From: Acidimicrobiia bacterium
GTDB taxonomy: Bacteria; Actinomycetota; Acidimicrobiia; Spongiisociales; UBA5794
DNA: 27,271 bases
Direction: 5' to 3'
NCBI GenBank assembly: GCA_041557775.1
Contig: JBFFFX010000001.1
Location: 1-27,271, forward strand
Shown: piece after piece, positions 1 to 8,937 of the stretch
Layout of the letters: every line of letters starts with the position of its first letter
How positions within the stretch are numbered: the stretch's first letter is position 1
Translations under genes and position numbers: made by a program
Notes under the pieces: generated by a model
What the model was told of the DNA's origin: nothing
The model's input: the letters and a program-made list of their open reading frames with translations, nothing else
The model's database searches: none

Positions 1-2
1 AC

Positions 3-911
3 GGCAGCGATGCGCTCAGCCCGCTCGCCTGGTGGGGTGCCGCGACGTCGAGCATCCGCCTCGGTACGGCGATCATGCAGATGTCGGCCCGGACTCCGGC
101 GGCGACGGCCATGGCCGCGATATCGATGGACCACCTGTCCAACGGTCGCTTCATCCTGGGGCTGGGCGTCTCGGGTCCTCAGGTCGTCGAGGGGTGGTAC
201 GGGCAGCCCTACGCCAAGCCGCTCGGGCGCACCCGGGAGTACGTCGAGATCGTGCGCCGGATCCTCGCCCGCGAAGCTCCGGTCCAGTTCGACGGAGCCC
301 ATTACCAGCTTCCGTTGCCCGGTGGCACGGGCCTCGGCAAGGCGCTCAAGCCGACGGTGCACCCGCTGCGCGCCGACTTGCCGATCATGATCGCCGCCGA
401 GGGGCCGAAGAACGTGGCGCTCAGCGCCGAGATCGCCGATGGCTGGATCCCGTTCTGGTTCTCGCCGAAGAGCGACCAGTTCTATCGAGACGCGCTGGCC
501 GAGGGTTTCGGGCGGGAGGGGGCGCGCCACAGCCTCGACACCTTCGAGGTTCCGTGCCCCGTGCCGTTGGTCATCGCCGAAGATGCCGAGACCGCAGCAG
601 ACGTCATCCGCCCGATGCTCGCGTTGTACGTCGGCGGCATGGGGGCCAAGGGGGCGAACTTCCACTACGAGGTGATTGCGCGTTTGGGCTACGAGGACGT
701 TTGCGCCCAGATTCAGGATCTCTACCTCGACGGCAAGAAGAAGGAGGCCATCGCCGCGGTACCGCTCGAGATGGTCGAGGACGTGGCCTTGGTCGGACCT
801 CCGGGAAAGATCAAGGACGAGCTGCCGCGTTGGGAGGCGACGGTGATCACGACCATGCTCGTGTCCGGGCCGGCGCCGATGCTGCACCTGATTGCCGACT
901 TGGTGGGCTGA
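3..911 (+). CDS. LLM-class, probably F420-dependent, oxidoreductase (5' end lies outside the window)
   Basis: The frame is open from base 3 (GSDALSPLAWWGAATSSIRLGTAIMQMSARTP...). Motifs LDHLSNGRFILGLGVSGPQVVEGW and IAAEGPKNVALSAEIADGW are typical of actinobacterial luciferase-like F420-dependent enzymes. Confidence 0.88.
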   Translation, partial: GSDALSPLAWWGAATSSIRLGTAIMQMSARTPAATAMAAISMDHLSNGRFILGLGVSGPQVVEGWYGQPYAKPLGRTREYVEIVRRILAREAPVQFDGAHYQLPLPGGTGLGKALKPTVHPLRADLPIMIAAEGPKNVALSAEIADGWIPFWFSPKSDQFYRDALAEGFGREGARHSLDTFEVPCPVPLVIAEDAETAADVIRPMLALYVGGMGAKGANFHYEVIARLGYEDVCAQIQDLYLDGKKKEAIAAVPLEMVEDVALVGPPGKIKDELPRWEATVITTMLVSGPAPMLHLIADLVG

Positions 912-931
912 GCGCCGGGCCTTGGGGGCAG

Positions 932-959
932 TGGGCGTCCCGGAGCGGCCGGACGCCCA
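932..959 (+). terminator. GC-rich hairpin, possible intrinsic terminator without a U-tract
   Basis: TGGGCGTCC (932-940) pairs perfectly with GGACGCCCA (951-959), 20 nt after the LLM stop codon. Confidence 0.35.
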
Positions 960-1094
960 TCTGGTGGGCCCATTGTGCCCGGCTCCGGTCTGCCAGGACC
1001 GGCGCGATTCGGGCGATTCGACCCTGGTCGGCAGCTCGCGCCAGGACGCACGCTTCGCGGAGGAGGCCGCGAGCATCCGCGCGCGGAGATCGTC

Positions 1095-1250
1095 ATGTCA
1101 CAGGAGGCGGAGGTGAATCGGGCGGCTGCCGTGCGATTCGTCGAAGCGCTCACCGCGGGTTCATGCGACTTCCGCCGACGGGGAGGAGGTCGGGTTCACC
1201 GGGTCACCATGTGTCGCCTCGCGGGGGCGGATCACCGAGATCAGGAGTCC
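1095..1250 (+). pseudogene. Possible degraded SnoaL/NTF2-like gene remnant
   Basis: GGAG 6 nt before an ATG, then MSQEAEVNRAAAVRFVEALTAG, which resembles an NTF2/SnoaL N-terminal helix. A +1 shift at the G-run 1223-1227 gives RLAG-RITEIR, similar to the 'dGrIteireY' C-terminal strand. The core of the domain is missing. Confidence 0.3.
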
Positions 1251-1371
1251 CCGCAACAGCTTGGGCAGCATGCTCGAGCCGAGGCCCGACCTCGCTGCCG
1301 GCGGCCATCACCATTGATCGTCCGACGAGCCTGCCGGTGCGTCGGATACGACGAACGAAGGCGAGGTCACG

Positions 1372-1719
1372 ATGACGAAGGTTCAAGAGGTCCTGACCCA
1401 AGCTCGGGATTCTCTCTCGGTGACCCGTGTGTACGGCGAGCCATGTGAGAGGAACGGAGTGACGGTCATCCCTGCGGCCGCGGTGCGCGGCGGCGGTGGA
1501 GGCGGCGAGAGCGAGGGCGACTCGGCACAACCGACCGGAAGCGGTGGCGGCTTCGGGATGATGGCCCGTCCCGTTGGTGCGTTCCGCATCGACGGCGACG
1601 ACGTGGCGTGGATTCCCGCCGCCGATACGACGCGTGTGATCGTCATCGCCGAAGTGGCGGCGATCGTCGCCATGCTCGTGATGCGATCGATTCTTCGAGC
1701 CCGCGGCAGGAAGCACTGA
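1372..1719 (+). CDS. GerW/YtfJ (sporulation protein YtfJ) family protein
   Basis: VYGEP...GVTVIP, Gly-rich GGGGGG and GSGGGFG..ARPVG motifs, and a C-terminal hydrophobic helix. GAGG RBS upstream. Confidence 0.8.
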   Translation: MTKVQEVLTQARDSLSVTRVYGEPCERNGVTVIPAAAVRGGGGGGESEGDSAQPTGSGGGFGMMARPVGAFRIDGDDVAWIPAADTTRVIVIAEVAAIVAMLVMRSILRARGRKH

Positions 1720-1720
1720 G

Positions 1721-2623
1721 GTGACGCCGGTCGTCGAGGTCCGCCATCTCGAAAAACGGTACGGCACGTTCACGGCCGTCGCCGACGTGTCGCTGTCGGT
1801 TGCGGAAGGTGAGATCTTCGGAATCCTCGGTCCCAATGGGGCGGGAAAGACCACCACGGTCGAGTGTCTCCAGGGTCTCCGCAAGGCCGACGGCGGGGAG
1901 TTGCGCGTGCTCGGCTACGACCCCCGTCACCAAGCGCAGTCGCTGCGGCGCCTGATCGGCTCTCAGCTCCAGGAGTCGGCGCTGCCTGATCGCCTCAAGG
2001 TGTGGGAGGCGCTGAAGCTGTTCTCGCAACGGATTGCCGGGGGTCCGCACTGGGAAGAGATCCTCGAGCAGTGGGGGCTCGCCGACAAGCGCGACGCCAC
2101 CTTCGGGAGCTTGTCCGGTGGCCAGCAGCAGCGGCTCTTCATCGCACTCGCGCTGGTCAACGCACCGCAGCTCGTGTTCTTGGACGAGATGACGACGGGC
2201 CTGGATCCGATGTCGCGCCGCGTCACGTGGGATCTGATTCGCCGCGTGCGGGACAGCGGAACGACCGTCGTGTTGGTCACCCACTTCATGGACGAGGCGG
2301 AGGAGCTCTGCGACCGCATCGCGGTCATCGACCAGAAGCAGGTCGTCGCCCTGGACACGCCGACCGGGCTGATCGATCGCTATTCCGGAGGGACGGAGGT
2401 GACGTTCACGACCGAGCCAGTCGATCTCGGGTTCCTCGAACGGCTCGACGAGGTCGAGAGCATCGAGCGACGCGGGCGGCGGGTCACGGTCGTCGGCGCG
2501 GGGGCGGTGCTGGCACGGGTAGCGCTGGCCCTGGGCCGCCACGGCATCTTTCCCGAGGACCTCGCGACGAAGCGCGCCGGGTTGGAGGACGTGTTTCTCG
2601 CGATCACCGGCGGGGAGGTCTGA
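1721..2623 (+). CDS. ABC-2 type exporter, ATP-binding subunit (DrrA-like)
   Basis: Walker A GPNGAGKTT, signature LSGGQQQR, Walker B VFLDE, H-loop VTH. GTG start 1 nt after the upstream stop. Confidence 0.93.
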   Translation: MTPVVEVRHLEKRYGTFTAVADVSLSVAEGEIFGILGPNGAGKTTTVECLQGLRKADGGELRVLGYDPRHQAQSLRRLIGSQLQESALPDRLKVWEALKLFSQRIAGGPHWEEILEQWGLADKRDATFGSLSGGQQQRLFIALALVNAPQLVFLDEMTTGLDPMSRRVTWDLIRRVRDSGTTVVLVTHFMDEAEELCDRIAVIDQKQVVALDTPTGLIDRYSGGTEVTFTTEPVDLGFLERLDEVESIERRGRRVTVVGAGAVLARVALALGRHGIFPEDLATKRAGLEDVFLAITGGEV

Positions 2624-2624
2624 C

Positions 2625-3371
2625 GTGCAAACGGTGCAGCTTGCCTGGGTCGAGCTGAAGTTGTTCCTGCGGGAGCCGCTGACCGTCGTGTTCTCGCTGG
2701 CGCTGCCGCTGATCATCCTGTTCGTGCTCGGCGGCGTCTTCGGGAACGAGCCGTCGGCGCCGGGGGAGCAAGTCGTGTACCGCGGAGTGGGACCGATGAG
2801 CTACTACGTTCCTGCCTACCTGGCTCTGGTCGTCGCGTCGGTGTGCGTGATCAGCATTCCGACGCACCTCGCCGGTAACAGAGAGCGCGGAGTGCTCAAG
2901 CGCTTTCACGCCTCGTCGATCGCGGCGTGGGAGGTCGCCGGCGCCCAGATCGCCGTCGCATTCGTGCTCTCGATCGTGAGCAGCGTGCTCTTGGTGCTGG
3001 CCGCCACCATGGCCTACGACTTCGATGCCGCGGCCTATCCGGCCGGCGTAGTCGGGGTGTTCGCCCTCCTGGTCGTCGGCTTCGCCGCCTTCGGGATCTT
3101 CCTCGGTGCGGTCCTCCCGACTGCACGGGCGGCCCAGGCGGTGGGCATGCTGGTGTGGTTCGTCATGCTGTTCCTCGGCGGCGCAGGACCTCCACCGGAG
3201 GTATTGACCACGGGAATGCAGCTCGTCTCCGAGTTCACGCCGCTGTGGCACGGGGTGCAGATCATGCAGACGGCCTGGCTCGGTCTCGACGCCGGGCTCT
3301 CGTGGCTGGTCTTCGGCGGCATTGGAGCGGCGAGCGCGGTGCTGGCGTTGCGCTTCTTCCGCTGGGAGTGA
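2625..3371 (+). CDS. ABC-2 type exporter, permease subunit
   Basis: About six hydrophobic segments and the 'RERGVLKRF' loop motif. Starts 1 nt after the ATPase gene. Confidence 0.9.
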   Translation: MQTVQLAWVELKLFLREPLTVVFSLALPLIILFVLGGVFGNEPSAPGEQVVYRGVGPMSYYVPAYLALVVASVCVISIPTHLAGNRERGVLKRFHASSIAAWEVAGAQIAVAFVLSIVSSVLLVLAATMAYDFDAAAYPAGVVGVFALLVVGFAAFGIFLGAVLPTARAAQAVGMLVWFVMLFLGGAGPPPEVLTTGMQLVSEFTPLWHGVQIMQTAWLGLDAGLSWLVFGGIGAASAVLALRFFRWE

Positions 3372-3444
3372 GCTTCGGTCTCGCCGTCGAGTGATTCGCT
3401 CGACCCATCACCAGGCCGGCGCTGAGGTCGTACGATGCCTCACC

Positions 3445-4575
3445 ATGCCCCGCATCTTCCTCTCCCCACCCGACGTGGGTCCCGCCGAACGGGACGCGCT
3501 CACCCGCGCGTTCGACGGGGGATGGATCGCCCCGCTCGGCCCCGAAGTCGACGGGTTCGAAGCCGAATTGGCGATCGCAACCGGCCGCGGTCATGGCGTG
3601 GCGCTGTCGTCCGGCACCGCAGCTCTCCACCTGGCGCTCGTGAATGCGGGCCTCGGCACGGGAGACCGCGTGGCCGTCCAGAGCCTCACGTTTGCGGCGA
3701 GCGCGAACGCGGTGAAGTACGTTGGCGCCGAGCCGGTCTTCATCGACAGCGAGGAGGCGTCGTGGAACATGGATCCCGACCTTCTCGCCGAAGCGCTGCA
3801 AGCCGCCCAGGACGAAGGAAGGCCAATCGCCGCGGTGATGACGGTGGACATCTACGGTCAGTGTGCCGACTACGACCGGATCGTGCCGCTGTGCGAGACC
3901 TACGGCGCCGTCTTGATCGAGGACGCCGCCGAAGCGCTTGGCGCCCGCTACGCGGGCAAGCCGGCGGGATCCTTCGGGCACGCCGCGGCGCTCTCCTTCA
4001 ACGGGAACAAGATCATCACCACGAGCGGCGGCGGTGCCCTGGTGACCGACGATGAGGACTGGGCGGCGAGATCGCGGTTCCTCGCCACGCAGGCGCGGGA
4101 CCCGGCTCCGCACTATCAGCACTCGGAGCTGGGTTACAACTACCGGCTCAGCAACATCCTGGCGGCAATGGGACGAGCGCAGCTCGCCGACCTGGAGCGG
4201 CGGGTGATGAGGCGGCGCGACCACAACCGCTTCTACCGGGACGCGCTGGGGGACATTCCGGGTGTCGGCTTCATGCCGGAAGGACCCAAGTGCGAGTCCA
4301 CGTTCTGGCTCACTGTGATGACGATCGACGCCGCTGCAGCCGGAGCTTCTCGGGAAGACGTTCGCCTTCATCTCGGCTCCCTCGATGTGGAAGCAAGGCC
4401 CGTGTGGAAGCCGATGCACCTCCAGCCGTACTACGAGGAATGCCAGATGTTTGGCGGCAAAGCCACCGAGGGCTTCTTCGCGGCGGGGCTGTGTTTGCCG
4501 AGTGGGTCGACGCTCACCGACGACCAGCGGTCGTGGATCGCATCGGAGATCCGCAAGACGCTCCCGGCGGCCTAG
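3445..4575 (+). CDS. DegT/DnrJ/EryC1/StrS family PLP aminotransferase (PglE/EpsN-like nucleotide-sugar aminotransferase)
   Basis: MPRIFLSPPD N-terminus, SSGTAALHLAL, IEDAAEALG, SFNGNKIITTSGGG (PLP lysine), GYNYRLSNI, RPVWKPMHLQP, GLCLPSG. Start placed at ATG 3445 by family N-terminus. Confidence 0.92.
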   Translation: MPRIFLSPPDVGPAERDALTRAFDGGWIAPLGPEVDGFEAELAIATGRGHGVALSSGTAALHLALVNAGLGTGDRVAVQSLTFAASANAVKYVGAEPVFIDSEEASWNMDPDLLAEALQAAQDEGRPIAAVMTVDIYGQCADYDRIVPLCETYGAVLIEDAAEALGARYAGKPAGSFGHAAALSFNGNKIITTSGGGALVTDDEDWAARSRFLATQARDPAPHYQHSELGYNYRLSNILAAMGRAQLADLERRVMRRRDHNRFYRDALGDIPGVGFMPEGPKCESTFWLTVMTIDAAAAGASREDVRLHLGSLDVEARPVWKPMHLQPYYEECQMFGGKATEGFFAAGLCLPSGSTLTDDQRSWIASEIRKTLPAA

Positions 4576-4626
4576 CCCGACCAACCGAGTTCCGGCGCGG
4601 GCGGCGGAGCTGTTTGACTGTCACCC

Positions 4627-5865
4627 ATGGCATTCGACCGCGACGCACCGCTGCTGATCGTTCTGGCGGTCACCTTCACCGCTGCGGTGTTCCTCGCCGC
4701 CGCTGAAGCAGCGTTGCTGCGCATTCCGCCCGTGCGGGTGGCTTCGCTCGGTGCGGACGGAAGCCGGCGGGGACGACGCCTGGTGCAATTGCTCGACCAT
4801 CTTCCCCGGGTGCTGGCGGCGATTCTGCTGGGAGCGCTCCTGACGCAGATCGGCGCAGCGACGGTCACGGGCATCCTGGCCGACCGCTGGTTCGGCTCCC
4901 TCGGAGTGACGCTCGCATCGATCGTGCTGACCGTCGTCTTGTTCATCTACGGCGAAGCGATCCCAAAGACGTACGCCGTACGCCACGCGGACCGCGTCGC
5001 GCTGACCCTGGCGCCGGTCATCGCTGCGCTGGAGTTGGTGCTGCGGCCGGTGGTCAGCGTTCTCGTCTGGCTCGCCGATCTCCAGGCCCCGGGGCGGGGC
5101 GTGGAGACCGCTCCTACGGTCACCGAGGACGAGCTGCGGCGTCTTGCCGCCCACGCCGCAGTCGAGGGTGAGATCACGAAGACCGACCTGGCGCTGATCG
5201 AACGTGCGTTTCGCTTCGGGGATCGCCGCGTAGACGACGTGATGGTGCCGCGGCCGGACATCGTCGCTGTTTCGAGAACGGTATCGGCTGCCGAGGCGAT
5301 GGATGTCGCGCTCGAGGCGGGCCATCGACGAGTGCCGGTCTACGACAAGACGATTGAGGACATCACCGGATTGGTGCGGCTCCGGGACTTGGTCCAGGTG
5401 CCTCCGGAGCGGCGGGCGCAGGTCGAGGCGGGGGCCATTGCAGAGTCCCCGCTCGTGGTACCCGAATCGAAGCGTATCTTTGCGCTCCTGACCGAGATGC
5501 AGGAGACGAAGACCCACCTCGCCGTGGTTGTGGACGAGTTCGGTGGTACTGCGGGAATCGTCACTCTCGAGGACATCGCCGAGGAGCTGCTGGGAACGTT
5601 GAGCGAGGAAGCGGCCGGCGAGCCCGTCGTGTCGCTCGCACCCGGGCGATGGAGCGTCGACGCCGGTCTTCCGGTCGAGGACCTGGAAGTCATCACCGGT
5701 GCTCGCCCGCCGGACGGTGACTGGAACACGGTCGCGGGACTGGTGCTCGGTCTCGCCGGTCACGTACCGGCGCTCGGACAGGTCGTCGAGACAAAGGCGC
5801 TCAGCCTCCGCGTTGCCGGACTCCGGCGTCGGCGGATCACGCGCGTTGAAGTCACTCTGCGCTGA
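4627..5865 (+). CDS. Hemolysin/CNNM family (DUF21-CBS-CorC) membrane protein
   Basis: N-terminal TM bundle with AAEAA and GEAIPKT, paired CBS domains (VMVPR..IVAV; HRRVPVY; VVDEFGGTAGIVTLEDIAEEL) and a C-terminal CorC domain (DWNTVAGLV). Confidence 0.92.
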   Translation: MAFDRDAPLLIVLAVTFTAAVFLAAAEAALLRIPPVRVASLGADGSRRGRRLVQLLDHLPRVLAAILLGALLTQIGAATVTGILADRWFGSLGVTLASIVLTVVLFIYGEAIPKTYAVRHADRVALTLAPVIAALELVLRPVVSVLVWLADLQAPGRGVETAPTVTEDELRRLAAHAAVEGEITKTDLALIERAFRFGDRRVDDVMVPRPDIVAVSRTVSAAEAMDVALEAGHRRVPVYDKTIEDITGLVRLRDLVQVPPERRAQVEAGAIAESPLVVPESKRIFALLTEMQETKTHLAVVVDEFGGTAGIVTLEDIAEELLGTLSEEAAGEPVVSLAPGRWSVDAGLPVEDLEVITGARPPDGDWNTVAGLVLGLAGHVPALGQVVETKALSLRVAGLRRRRITRVEVTLR

Positions 5866-5886
5866 GGTCTGGCACACCGCAGCGCG

Positions 5887-7233
5887 TTACGCCGAGCGCG
5901 GACGCCGCCTTCCCGGCCTCGTGGCCCGGGGCCGCGTTGGTGTGCGCTTGGTGCGGGCGCGGTCGATGGCGAGCACGCCGAGCGACAACGACGCGGCGGC
6001 TGCGAAGACCACGATCGCTCCGCCGACGGACTCCATCAGATGCGGTGCCAGCATCAGCACCCCGGCCAGTGTCACCATGACCATGCCACCGACGAGCTTC
6101 AACACCCTCCCATGGCGCTCCTGGAGCTTCGTCACCCGCATCGCTACGACGGCGGCGCCGAGGACGGCCAGCTCGTCGATGAGAAACACCGCCATGTAGA
6201 CGGCGAACAGCGCCGCGGCGACCCCGAACTCGACCCCGGACTCAGCGACGAGGTCCGCCCACAGGATCGGGAAGCCCGCGGTGCACGGAGTCTCGATCAG
6301 CGACACCCCGACCGCCAAAGCTGCGGTCCCGCCAAGCACCTCCGGCAGCGGCCGATCGGCGTCGGCGGCGCGGCGCATCTTGGCGAGCAGGCCGGCCTTC
6401 TTGGTTTCGGCGATCATCAGTGATGGGCCACGGCCGAACCAGATGAAGTCTTTCAAGTTGATCAAACCGAAGGTCAGGGCGAGCAGGGCGACGGCGATCC
6501 GTATCCAGGTGACGTAGGAGACGTAATCGAGGACCTTGTATGCACCGGCGATGTAGAGCCCGTACATCGCCGTCGTGACGACGAGGAACACCACGCCGAC
6601 CGCCAGGACCCTTCGCCGCGACCGGGTGTGCAAGACCAGGGCCAGGAGCATCGACAACACCCACAACGAGCAGGGGTTGAAGCCGTCGACGAAACCGATC
6701 GCCAAGGTGCTCACGAGGAGAGAATCGGTTCCGACGGCGATATCCCCGACGAGCGGAACGTCGACGACGTCGTCCGGCTCCGCATCGGGCGCGTCATCGC
6801 TCCCGTCGGATGCATCGCCGCCGGCAGCCATCGCTGCGGCCACGACCGAGCGGATCTCCGTCCCGATACCTTCGTTGTAGCCGACCCACATGCGCCCGCC
6901 GAAGAGTGTCGTCGGCACGCTGCCCCGGAAGTCCTCGCCCTGGGCCCGCACCGTGGCTTCGAAAAGGGTCCGGTTGTCCTCGTCGTGCCAGACCTCGTAC
7001 TCGACGATGTCGAGGCTGGGGAACTCCTTGATCAGATCCTCGAGGAAGGCCCGCTCCCGTTCGCAGTGCGGACACCCGTCGCCCCAGAACAAGGTGAGCG
7101 CATCGCCGTCAACGAGGGCAGAAGGCGTCGCGTGCTCGTCGTCGCCGCCGCCGCTGCATGCAGCGAACACGCCCATGACAAGAGCAAGCGCCAGGAGGGC
7201 TCGGGCAACTCGGAAGAGCGGCAAACGAGACAT
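5887..7233 (-). CDS. Lipoprotein-anchored thioredoxin/glutaredoxin-like domain fused to a CcdA/DsbD-type transmembrane domain
   Basis: Signal peptide with lipobox-like FAAC, FWGDGCPHC redox motif (7063-7074) and VPT cis-Pro loop. An acidic linker precedes a TM domain with DGFNPCSLWVL and ETPCTAG cysteines. Start at ATG 7233 chosen from the signal peptide. Confidence 0.75.
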   Translation of the reverse strand: MSRLPLFRVARALLALALVMGVFAACSGGGDDEHATPSALVDGDALTLFWGDGCPHCERERAFLEDLIKEFPSLDIVEYEVWHDEDNRTLFEATVRAQGEDFRGSVPTTLFGGRMWVGYNEGIGTEIRSVVAAAMAAGGDASDGSDDAPDAEPDDVVDVPLVGDIAVGTDSLLVSTLAIGFVDGFNPCSLWVLSMLLALVLHTRSRRRVLAVGVVFLVVTTAMYGLYIAGAYKVLDYVSYVTWIRIAVALLALTFGLINLKDFIWFGRGPSLMIAETKKAGLLAKMRRAADADRPLPEVLGGTAALAVGVSLIETPCTAGFPILWADLVAESGVEFGVAAALFAVYMAVFLIDELAVLGAAVVAMRVTKLQERHGRVLKLVGGMVMVTLAGVLMLAPHLMESVGGAIVVFAAAASLSLGVLAIDRARTKRTPTRPRATRPGRRRPRSA

Positions 7234-7370
7234 CGGTTCCACGTCGAGCCTGCGCCTAGGGAATCGGCGCTGCCAGTACCGGAAGTCCCGGTGGAGGGGA
7301 CCCGAGAGCAGCGTTCTTCGAGTGACTTTCGCCCCCTGTGCCGCCGGGGCACCCGAACAGATCCTGGGGC

Positions 7371-8051
7371 ATGGGAACGACAACATCTCTCGATACCGTT
7401 CGGATACCCCTCGAGGGTGCGCACCTGGTGGGCGACCTCGGGGTCCCACGCACGGCGAGCGCGCTCATCGTCTTCGCACACGGCAGCGGGAGCAGCCGGC
7501 ACAGCACCCGCAATCTATGGGTGGCCGACCAGCTGCGGCGCCATGGGTTGGCGACGTTGCTGCTGGATCTGCTCACGGCGGACGAGGACCGTCGCGACCA
7601 GATCACCCGAGAGCTGCGGTTCGACATCCCGCTGCTGGCGCGTCGGCTGACGGGCGCGACCGAGTGGGTGGCGCAGAACGAGCAGACGTGTGACATGACG
7701 GTCGGCTTCTTCGGTGCATCCACCGGAGCCGCCGCGGCGCTCATCGCCGCGGCTCGCATGCCGGAACGAGTAGGCGCCGTCGTCTCCCGCGGCGGGAGAC
7801 CGGACCTGGCGCGCCGCGACCTCGGAGCGGTCCGCGCCCCGACGCTGCTGATCGTCGGTGGCCGCGACGAGGTCGTGCTGGGCATGAACGAGGAGGCGAA
7901 GGCGCTGATGATGTGTCCGGTGGAGCTCGCCGTGGTCCCGGGAGCCACGCACCTCTTCGAGGAACCGGGCGCGCTCGATCGCGTTGCAGCCTTGGCCGCC
8001 GACTGGTTCTGCGCCCATCTCGGCTGCGCTCACGACGAAGTTGGGCCCTGA
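7371..8051 (+). CDS. Alpha/beta-hydrolase, dienelactone-hydrolase-like family
   Basis: FAHGSGSSRHS, GFFGASTG nucleophile elbow, VSRGGRPDLA, PTLLIVGGRD, GATHLFEEPG. Confidence 0.88.
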   Translation: MGTTTSLDTVRIPLEGAHLVGDLGVPRTASALIVFAHGSGSSRHSTRNLWVADQLRRHGLATLLLDLLTADEDRRDQITRELRFDIPLLARRLTGATEWVAQNEQTCDMTVGFFGASTGAAAALIAAARMPERVGAVVSRGGRPDLARRDLGAVRAPTLLIVGGRDEVVLGMNEEAKALMMCPVELAVVPGATHLFEEPGALDRVAALAADWFCAHLGCAHDEVGP

Positions 8052-8105
8052 GGTTCCTTCGCCGGGGTCTTCCTGCCCGAGCAGGTCCCCGCGAAGGGCG
8101 ATAGC

Positions 8106-8885
8106 GTGCACAGGATGAAATCTGCGGCCTTCTTCGACCTCGACCGGACGCTGATCTCGGGGGCCTCGATCTTCCCCTTTGCGGTCGAGGCCTGGCGGGC
8201 CGGGCTCGTGCGCAACGCCGAGTTGGCGCGGTGGGGCCTGAGCGCCCTCAGCTTCAAGCTCATGGGCGACCGCGGCGACGGTGCGACCGATGAGGCGCGA
8301 TCGCAGTTCTTGGACAAGATCGCCGGCGTCGCCGTCGACCAGATCGCAGAGATCGGGCGGGGAATGCTGCCGGGCCTCGTCAACGAGGTTCGGCCGGAGT
8401 CCAAGAAGCTCGTCCGCATGCACCACGAGGCCAGCCGCGACTCGTGGATCGTGTCCGCGGCCCCCCACGGCATCGTGGAGGCACTGGCCGATGCGCTCGG
8501 CATGACCGGGGCGATCGGCACGAAGGGGAAGATCGTCGACGGGCACTTCACCGACCAGCTCGATGGTCCTTTCGTGTACGGCCCCGGGAAGGCCGAAGCG
8601 ATCCGCTTGCTCGCGGAAGAGCGCGGCTACGACCTGGACTCCTGCTACGCCTACAGCGACTCGATCTCCGATCTGCCCATGCTGGAGACCGTCGGCCACC
8701 CGGTTGCGGTGAATCCCGACAATGCACTCGAGGCCATCGCATACGATCGGGCCTGGCCGATCGTCATCTTCTCGCGACGCACCAAACGAGTAGTCGCCAT
8801 GACCTCGACGGCGGGTTCCGCTGCGGCGTTGATAGTGGCGGCGTACGTGCTGGGTCGGCGCCACGGCCGCACCGCGGGGCGCTGA
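8106..8885 (+). CDS. HAD-superfamily subfamily IB hydrolase (SerB-like)
   Basis: Motif I FFDLDRT, motif II IVSA, motif III G.GK, motif IV AYSDSISDLPML; C-terminal hydrophobic anchor. Alternative start at ATG 8115. Confidence 0.88.
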   Translation: MHRMKSAAFFDLDRTLISGASIFPFAVEAWRAGLVRNAELARWGLSALSFKLMGDRGDGATDEARSQFLDKIAGVAVDQIAEIGRGMLPGLVNEVRPESKKLVRMHHEASRDSWIVSAAPHGIVEALADALGMTGAIGTKGKIVDGHFTDQLDGPFVYGPGKAEAIRLLAEERGYDLDSCYAYSDSISDLPMLETVGHPVAVNPDNALEAIAYDRAWPIVIFSRRTKRVVAMTSTAGSAAALIVAAYVLGRRHGRTAGR

Positions 8886-8937
8886 ACCAGACGTCATCTC
8901 GGTGTAGCCTCGGCCGTGCCGACGACGGGAGCCGACA

